Assembly: GCA_003427395.1 (NCBI GenBank)
Contig: BFEA01000034.1
Span: 575,546 to 633,165, forward strand
Direction of reading: 5' to 3'
Origin: Chara braunii
Lineage: Eukaryota > Plantae > Charophyceae
DNA: 57,620 bases
Below the pieces are notes generated by a model. That model saw only the letters and a list, made by a program, of their open reading frames with translations. It was not told the origin of the DNA and ran no database searches. The stretch's first letter is position 1; each line of letters starts with the position of its first letter. Shown piece after piece: positions 49,827 to 57,620 of this stretch. The position numbers were made by a program, and so were the translations under genes.

Positions 49827-52310
49827 TTAATGTACTGCTCTGCCCACTCGGTTACCATTTTTAAATAATTTTGATAAAAATTCCTGTAGTTGACATCTTG
49901 AGGATGCCCATCCTCTGCAAACTATCCATTTCATATCTGACTGCTAACCCCTACAAAAATGAGGCGCAGCTTGATATATCTTTCATCATTATGAACACGG
50001 TACTGACATCAGCCAAGTATTTAGATTCTCCTCCTTGTCGCCTGTAAAGACAACATGCAAAACCATATAGTTGTCTTGCTAGGAGGTGTTGATGGCCTTG
50101 CAGCTACAACACCTAACGTGACTGAAAGCTGGTGTTGGATGATTGATGGACTACTGATCTGAGGTTTGATGTGAAAAAGGAGGTTGTCAAGACATAGCAG
50201 ATACGCCACCTAACTGTGGGGATGGCCGTGAAGGCCCTACAGGCTGATAGGTGTAGACCGAGCTGGAGGAAATTGATGTTCCCCTCAACACTGTATCCAT
50301 GAATACTATCAACCTATTCACAAGTCTAGAATGGAGTCTGATTTGTTTTCCAAGGTTTGTGCACTCTCACCGAGGCCAGAACATTATTGCTAAACACTTT
50401 CTCAGTCTCACTAAGGCCTCTCTCATCTAACTTCCTCAATGCCTCTACGTGCGCCTCTCTTCCCTTTAAGGATTTTCTTTCTCATGCTTCTCTCTCCTTC
50501 GCTGCTGGTCCTTTGAGCTCATTCTCAGCCCTTATTCTACGGCTTTCCTTGTGTGTAACACAATTTGATTTGACTTAGTGACACTGATGAGAACTTGTGA
50601 CCAACAGAATCCTACTCTCCTAGGGCTTGGAATGAGGCAATGGCTGGTGCACCAGATCTTGTTGAGGATCACTTCCTTGCTCTTCTCCTTTCACATGCCT
50701 CTTTTTTTCGTGCCTATTATTCACCCAGCAAGTCTTCTACACGCAGATATGTTATCGGCTACTTTTCAACCTGCCTCTTTGAACTGGGGCCACAGATATC
50801 TGTATAAACCCTACACTGCTTCCCCGAAATGCTGACCAACACCGGTACGTAGATGTTCATGCTGAGCAAAAATGACTAGAACACTACTACCACAAGTGCT
50901 ACGATTACTTCCAGTTTTCTGGCATCCATGGTTACACTCTTGACTAATGCATAAGACAATGTAGTGGCCAATCGATCTAGACAACCGACTTATTAGGCTA
51001 TATATTGCCCCTTGATCCAACAATTTAATGTGTCTTATAACTAATCAAGTGAAACCATAACTGCTACCAACACGCAATATATGAAATTGATAAAACAAGA
51101 ACATCTAACAATTGAGCATACAGTTGGAACATACCTTTTTCCTCACGCTTCACTCAATTCCTTCCTGCCCTTTTGCTTATGACTAGTTTATAAGCAAGAC
51201 AGCCTTGCGAGAACTTCACAGGGTTCTCAATACCCACAGCTGGAGCAGAGACTCTAGGATGGCACAAGAGGCCAGTCAGTGTTTGGGTTGCAGGTGATCT
51301 TGAGATGAGACGCCGTTGCCTGTGGTATGTGGCCACCCCTACAGACCGGACAGGGCCGGTTCGGGTGTGGACTGTGGAAGCACCACATCCAATTCTCGCA
51401 GTTGCAGTTACTGCATTGAATGCAGTACCTGCCTCCGACATGCTAGGAACATTGAGGCACGCAAACCGCAATTATACAGGCATCGCCATTCCAGTCCGTC
51501 TACAAGTTGGACATTACAAGTCCGGGTGACATACATGAGTGCAATGTGGTCGTCAAACATTTGAAAACAAGAGCTTGCATGGGCTATGCCTTCATAATCC
51601 TCACGACACAGGATGTGAATCACACGCTAGCCGAATCTCAGATCGACCATCACAGAGCGCCATAAAGCAAGCTTCTTAAGTTTCTGCAGTCATTGCTCCG
51701 TCTCTATGGTCATGCAACGACGTGGGCTGGTCCAAGGTAAGGGTGTTTAGCTGTTGCAAGATTTGGTCGGCAAAAGCTGGCCTTGGTGGTGGTGATAACC
51801 TTTCAGTACAACAACTGTAGGTGGTTCATGCGAGACTATTTTATTCACGAGGCTGCTGCGCCTGCTGCTAGATATCCGCAACGAGACGGACACAACTTAT
51901 TTCATGCTTGGAGCATGCACGAAAGACACCTGGAATGACAAACTCATTCCGGGGACCATAGGCTGTCATGAAGCAGATCACTGGATTTACCCAGTCCTGG
52001 AAGATCTCCGACCTCCGAGATGCAGTTGATCGGGGAGTTCGTGAACGCGAGGCGTAGGTGGGATACCAGACCAGACGCGGCAAGGCATGAAGCAACGTCG
52101 TCTCTGAGATTCGACTGTGGTTGCATCAGGTGTATGGCTAACGCTGAATCTGGGACATGGAAGGAGAGGATGTGGTGGGTGATGGCATCGGGGATAGCCC
52201 AAGCAGTAGAGACACATGCTTTCAATGACAGGTTCCTGAAAACATCGACGACACATGGCATGCTCCTGACATGCAAGCAGGAAAGCAGGCTGACGTTCAA
52301 AGCTATTTAG

Positions 52311-53013
52311 ACCACCAGTACATGGGTATGTTGAATACAGGACTCGAACACACCACTCTCAGCTTGGCAGGCAAACACCCAACCATAAGGCTAAGTGGGC
52401 TGGGGTGAAAGTGAAGCCGCAAGATGAGCACTTCACCCCAACCCAGCACGGAGATCCCGCGACACCGTGTACTCAACCGCACTCATCCTACACAGACACA
52501 CTGCCCGTAGTATAAGCTCTACGCTGGTTACTGCACGAAAGCACGTGTATGCCGAATACAGGACTCGAACACACAACTCTCAGCTTGGCAGGCAAACACC
52601 TAACCATAAGGCTAAGTGGGCTGGGGTGAAAGTGAAGCCCCAAGATGAGCACTTCACCCCAACGCGACACGGTGTACCCAACCACACTCATCCTAAATAG
52701 CCACACTGCCCGTAGTATAGTCTCTACGTCGGTTACTGCGCGAAAGCACGTGTATGTCAAATACCGGACTCGAACACACAACTGTCAGTTTGGCAGGCAA
52801 AAACACCTAACCATAATGCTAAGCGGGCTGGGGTGAAAGTGAAGCCCCAAGATGACCACTTCACCCCACCCCAGTACATGGCCCCAAGCAACTGGAGAAC
52901 CTGTTTTGAGCCTCTCCTCAAATTTAGGAGGCCGAGCGCCATAGATCAAATGAATCGGCGGTGGGCGGCCTCCAAAAGGGGACCGCGGCCGATAGCTGTC
53001 ATGTACTGGTGCT
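52311..53013. mobile_element. MITE of the ACCACCAGT-terminus family carrying a nested tRNA-like array
   Basis: ttag-accaccagtacatg ... cgatagctgtcatgtactggtgct-tcaa. Confidence 0.7.
52326..52870 (-). repeat. Three tandem units (periods 221 and 205 bp), each with a tRNA-Gly(GCC)-like head on the minus strand
   Basis: Minus strand: tagccttatggttagg (A box), ctgccaa (anticodon loop), gtgttcgagtcc (B box), at 52333-52400, 52554-52621 and 52759-52828. The array is flanked by the 11-bp direct repeat ccagtacatgg (52315-52325 and 52871-52881). Confidence 0.75.
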
Positions 53014-53608
53014 TCAAGCATGACATATCAAGGCCACAATGGCGTATAAGGCAAGTGATAAGAGGGTTGCGTGTGCGAGTGCAAGACAATGGGTCACAAT
53101 TTACACGGCAGAGGCTGGGAGAGACCATCCCTTCATAGTGTGTGGAGCAGAGGTTATACCTTGTGCATTCTAACCGAACTGCAGCTGTGTGGAGACAAAA
53201 TGGCATGGCACAGACCATCCTCTGGATCTGACCCATCACTATCCGATCCACACAGGGAAGGGATGGTGCCTGGCCATGTACAGGGGAAGGCGAAGATTCA
53301 GCCGATTGTTCTCTCAAGACTGTAGAGCTTGCAAGTGCACTTCTAGATATTGTTCCTGATTGACCAGCCAGACAGAGTGGGATTCTGCCACGCAGAGTAA
53401 TATTTCCCACTGTGTGGACCCTACTGTCATTGTCCCAAACAGTCCATGAGTTATCTGCAAAAAAGTAACAGCATGTATGCAGGAATGCTCGGGTGCATGG
53501 CTGGCGTGTAAATCTGTTGCGTGGGCTGGATTTGTGAAACGGTATTCACCAATTCGTGGTAGCTGATGCAGGTCCCAGGGCTCGATCCCTGGTTCCCCAA
53601 CTTACATG

Positions 53609-55770
53609 TGTACAATACCTGCGTCAACTCGAAGAGTTGAACCCGCGACCTGTAAAACCGCCAGTGGTAGGTAGGTCTGTTGTAGGTCTATAGGTAGCCA
53701 GGATTCGATCCGTAGCCCTGTAGATTAGAAGGCTAGCTGCAGTCCTTCTAGAAGGTTGGCAAGTGGTCAAGTGGTGCAGGCAAGTGGGCAAGTGGTGTGA
53801 CTAAAGCAAGCCCACGTTGGAGACAAGGACAAGTGGCAAGGTCAAATAGTAGGACCCCAGTGCAACTGCACTGCGTCGTAGGGTCATCGTCAAACAGTCA
53901 AGGGAGAGTCTAGAAAGTACCAGTCCGGTCCAGCAAGTACCACGGGGGGGACTGTGTGCACCATGGGCCAGGGACACAGGGCAGACCAATGCAGCGCAGA
54001 AGAATAAATCAAGAGGCTGCGTCCAGCCAGGGGGATGATTCCTGCGGATGCCATGCAGAAGCGCTGCCTTAGCAGCTTGTGCGAGGAGGTCTGCAGTGTG
54101 CCCGAAGACGAAGTGGGCAGAGAAGTGTAGTGTAGCGATAGGTAGTGGCAGCTAGCGCTGCCATAGCTGTAGCATAGCGTGTGTGTGTGTGTTGCGTATG
54201 ATACTGAGTGTTGCGTGTGGGACATCCAGGGTGATCCAGAGTGCGAACAGTGAGTTGTGTGGGCGCCCAGTCGCCATAGCCAGTTGAAGAGAACTCATAT
54301 CTGGTTACGATATCTTAAGTNCTGTCAGGGCGCATGTCGCCAGTTGCTGTATCGCTGTTTGCATGCAAGACAAGTGTGAATAATCGGAGTGTGAATGCAC
54401 TGGTATCGAAGCAGGTACCCGCTGTTCCATGCGCGCGATGTGTGCAGGGCCGATCGGCCATAGCTGAAGTTCCGCCGGAGGAGGTAGTTCGCCATAGCGG
54501 ACCTCGAGGTGGAAGAAGAAGCCGCGCACCTGCAACAAGGAGACCACGAGAGAGAGAAACGAGTGATACAAGATTGGTTACTTACCTGCTGCACTGAAGA
54601 TACCGCTACGGCGGAAGGGAGAGAGAAAGGGAGGACAGAGAAGGAGGGACTGAGGAGAAGAAGAAAGAAAGTGAAGGAAGGGGAAGAAGACGGCGAGGGT
54701 GACAAAGGTGATAGTGCCGACAGCCATAGCCGAGGTTGAGGGTTGACCGGGCGTTGACCAGAGCGTTGACCAAGGGTTGACCAGAGGGTTGACCACGCAT
54801 TGACCGAGGGTGTTGACCAAGCGTTGACTCGAGGTTGTCCGCGTTGACCCAGCGTTGACCAAGGCGTTGACCGGAGCTGCTGACCAAGATTTTGACCAAG
54901 CTGGAGTTGGTGATATCTCGCTGAGCCCTTGGCCTATCCCCTTACCCTGTGGATGTGCACTTACCCCACGGTACTTGCTGAGTTGCCTGTCTACTCTTTC
55001 TGCATTGAGTCTCTTCTGTCTTAGGTGCTAGGACTCTGTGGATGAAGGATAGGGCCTTGCTGCCAAACCTGCACGGGCTTAGTAGGACCAAAGCTCTACT
55101 CTGGCACTTGGAGACCTCGGCATGAGCGGCGAGCGCTCGTTAAACAACTCGTCTAGCCCAATGACCGGTACTGTCCGGCAGATCTACCGAGTTCAGTGTG
55201 GAGGGTCTGAACTCCAAGCTGTAGGCTGAAACGAAGGCCGTCTTTAAGTGTTGAGGCCTGGTTGAGCCACTCCCCTACCGGACCCAGAAGGCTGATGATC
55301 CGTGTCTGACGACTCGACTGTCCCGAGGGATACGAACCCCTCCAAGGACCGGTACTGACCGGCGGGCTGCTCGGTGTGGCACAGGAGGCTGGACGGGCTG
55401 AGTTGTGGGCTGAAATCGCCAGAGGAACCAAGCTGATCGCGTCGTCCTGTCTGCGACGTTAAAGAATTCTTGCGAAGTTTGGGGGATCTTCTTAAATACC
55501 TCCTGATCAGCTCTTGGTTCTGTAGAGACAGCCTTAGAGTAGTCTTGGGTTAGTTGTGATCATCATTGACATGGTCTTATCCTGTGGTCCTTAGGGAGTC
55601 AGTCAGTAGGTTAGAGTGTCCGGGTAGGTCTACGTGGTGAGGAGTGGGACCTTTGTCGTGCACCAACACCACGATGGATGACTATCCGATGTATGGGCTA
55701 CTTGTTGGGTTCTCCCTCTGGGGGACCCTTTGACGTCTCCTCTTTCCTCNGGGCTTTTGGCCCACTTTCA
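53609..55770 (+). mobile_element. Probable 5' LTR and leader of a Ty3/gypsy element; boundaries tentative
   Basis: Starts TGTACAAT. Candidate ends are ATTGACA at 55565-55571 (followed by TGG, PBS-like) or TTTCA at 55766-55770. It is non-coding and lies directly upstream of an open gag ORF. The second LTR is outside the window. Confidence 0.5.
54736..54900. repeat. Tandem gttgacc(a) motif with ~11-12-bp period inside the putative LTR
   Basis: About 13 copies are visible. Confidence 0.9.
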
Positions 55771-55838
55771 CGTGTAGAGTAGGGCCCACTCGTGGTGGTA
55801 CTTCCACCAACCCCTACACGAAGGAGGAGGAGGAGAAG

Positions 55839-57620
55839 ATGGCCGCCATTCTGCAGGAGAAGAAGGAGAAGGAGGCCAAGAAGAAGGCCTTGAAGGAGGA
55901 GCAGGCGGCCAAACTGAAGAAGATAGAGGAAGAGATGGCCAAAGAGAAGGAGAGGATACAAAAAGAAGAAGAAGAGAAGTTGAAAGAGGTGGAAGAGGAA
56001 GATGATGAAACGCCATTGCAGAGGAAGAGGGTGCAGTACANTGGTAGTAGGGATGAAGAGATGGAGAAGCGAATCTCCGAGTGGGTCGCCAACTTATCCC
56101 TGGGCGAAGAAGAAGAGGTGGCGATGTATATCTCTAAAGATGATCAGGAAGCCGCTATGAGAGCTTGGGAAGCAGAAAAGGATGTTGTGAAGCGGCAAGC
56201 ATTGGAAGACGAAAAGAGGATGGAGTGGAAGTTGGCAATGATGAGGGAGAAGAAGAGGAGAGTGGACGCGGCAGCGGAGGCGGTAGAAGAATTAGAGGAA
56301 GTAAAGAATATAGAAGAGCATCTGGCCGCCCGGACCGAACTCCCAGCGCAAATGCGAGTCATAGCCCAAAACGTTGCACGCCTGGCACGAATTCAGGCGG
56401 AGCAATATGATTTTAGTAGGAGTCAACACATAGTTGTGCGTTCCATAAAGTTGGGGTTTCGGGACTTTGCGCGTGAGCTGGTAGGCGCTATAGGGACCAA
56501 GGTGGGTCACCGCCTTGACAAGACTGAGCGGTTCTGTGCCGGCGCCATTGAGGGTGTCAAAGCGGCAGCTCCCAAGGAGAAGGAGGCACGTCCTCCTCGT
56601 TGGGAACCGGTCAAAGTCAAATTCCCTGATTCCAACAGTGGAAAAAGGGAAGAGAACTTCGACAATTGGGAGGCCAATGTCAAGACCTATGTGCATCTGC
56701 AACAGGTTTCCCCGGATCAGCAGGTTCTGATTGCGATTCACGCGCTCAGAGATGAATCCGCCAGCTTTGCAAGGTCCCTAGTTCGCACTGCCAATTGCAG
56801 CGATGACCCCGTTGCGTACTCCTCGTTCACTTTCCTCACTGAGTTCTTGAAGCTGTTGCGCGAGAGGTTCGCCGATGTCGCCCGTAGCATTAAGGCCTCA
56901 GACAGGCTGCAGACGATCCACGCTCGTAAGTGGAAGGGCGCCAGGGCACTTAAGAGTACCATGGACGAATTGGTAGCTGTCCCTGACCACGGAGTTACAG
57001 ACACCCAGTTGGTTGGCCTCTTTTATCGGGCTATACCNGANGCCCTCCGAGGGCATTTCTTNGCAAAGAGCGAAGACCCTGCCACTACATACGATTCCCT
57101 TAGTCGCGAAGTAGTGGCTTTTGAAGCCAAGTCTGCGTNTGTGTCCACTTTCTGGCACAAGGACTTGGACAAGGGTAAGCAATGGAAGGGCCGCACTATC
57201 TCAGGGCAAGTAAAGACCAAGGACAGCCTTGTCCTAACCTTAGACGAGGGTAGTGTGGATGCGATCCCTTACGACCAGATTGAGTGGGGGTTAGAGAAGG
57301 AGGACAGCGGTGTGGGCCAAGGGAGATCTTACGCTGCTGTCGCGGCTGGAGGGAGGCCGCAAGGAGGAAGAGGCCAGGGCCAAGCGGGCCGGGCCTCAGG
57401 GAGTCGATTTCAGGGCGATCAGGGGGTTGGTGGCAGAGGAGGAAACCGCCAAGCGGGAGGCAGGGTTCAAGGTCCCCCGCAAAACCGTCCTAGGAATAGG
57501 TCTCCCTATAGAATAGGAGGATGGCACCCAAGGCTACCTCAGGGTAGGCCTTGGGAATCTTTGGGTATGGACCAGGCTTTATGGCAACAACGATTGGACC
57601 GGGGCCAGTGCATTTTCTGC
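55839..57620 (+). CDS. gag: Ty3/gypsy gag (or gag-pol) polyprotein, open to the window end
   Basis: My translation from ATG 55839 gives 594 codons with no stop: an E/K coiled coil, capsid-like KVKFPDSNSGKREENFDNWE...LRERFAD...FYRAIP.ALRG, an RGG-rich tract, and a final RGQCIFC (start of a zinc knuckle). It is absent from the ORF track, presumably because it lacks a stop codon. The frame is also open upstream to an ACG at 55770. Confidence 0.9.
   Translation, partial: MAAILQEKKEKEAKKKALKEEQAAKLKKIEEEMAKEKERIQKEEEEKLKEVEEEDDETPLQRKRVQYXGSRDEEMEKRISEWVANLSLGEEEEVAMYISKDDQEAAMRAWEAEKDVVKRQALEDEKRMEWKLAMMREKKRRVDAAAEAVEELEEVKNIEEHLAARTELPAQMRVIAQNVARLARIQAEQYDFSRSQHIVVRSIKLGFRDFARELVGAIGTKVGHRLDKTERFCAGAIEGVKAAAPKEKEARPPRWEPVKVKFPDSNSGKREENFDNWEANVKTYVHLQQVSPDQQVLIAIHALRDESASFARSLVRTANCSDDPVAYSSFTFLTEFLKLLRERFADVARSIKASDRLQTIHARKWKGARALKSTMDELVAVPDHGVTDTQLVGLFYRAIXXALRGHFXAKSEDPATTYDSLSREVVAFEAKSAXVSTFWHKDLDKGKQWKGRTISGQVKTKDSLVLTLDEGSVDAIPYDQIEWGLEKEDSGVGQGRSYAAVAAGGRPQGGRGQGQAGRASGSRFQGDQGVGGRGGNRQAGGRVQGPPQNRPRNRSPYRIGGWHPRLPQGRPWESLGMDQALWQQRLDRGQCIFC

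Noticed and set aside
51150-53460. Short ORFs (51305-52310, 52833-53410) as a gene or transposase
   Set aside because: Multiple stops in all frames and no motif I could recognise.
55698-57220. Minus-strand ORFs overlapping gag (likewise antisense ORFs over the LINE and over 45.5-46.7 kb)
   Set aside because: Shadow ORFs of purine-rich sense coding sequence.

Overview
This is eukaryotic, repeat-saturated intergenic DNA with three assembly gaps (5718-6342, 32486-32811, 34007-34956). I could not recognise a host protein-coding gene. The retroelement proteins resemble those I recall from charophyte algae such as Chara; this is an inference, not a search result. Retroelement content: decayed L1/Tx1-type LINE pieces, decayed Ty3/gypsy gag/RT/RNaseH pieces, a probable LTR plus an uninterrupted Ty3/gypsy gag ORF running off the right edge, and a two-ORF Penelope-like relic with an N-terminal GIY-YIG domain. 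Other insertions: a hAT-type non-autonomous element with a perfect 8-bp TSD, a TTAA-flanked MITE family with ACCACCAGT termini (about 5 loci), two unrelated poly(A)-tailed inserts sharing one structured 3' tail, a poly(A)-tailed U2 snRNA retrocopy, and tRNA-derived repeats, plus many minisatellites. The most unusual unexplained structures are an array of about 10 stem-loops at 8.7-9.35 kb with a near-invariant C-AACTTAT-G loop and compensatorily varying stems, and two long pre-miRNA-like foldbacks (63-244 and 35371-35484). All calls come from reading the sequence by eye; no searches or folding programs were run.
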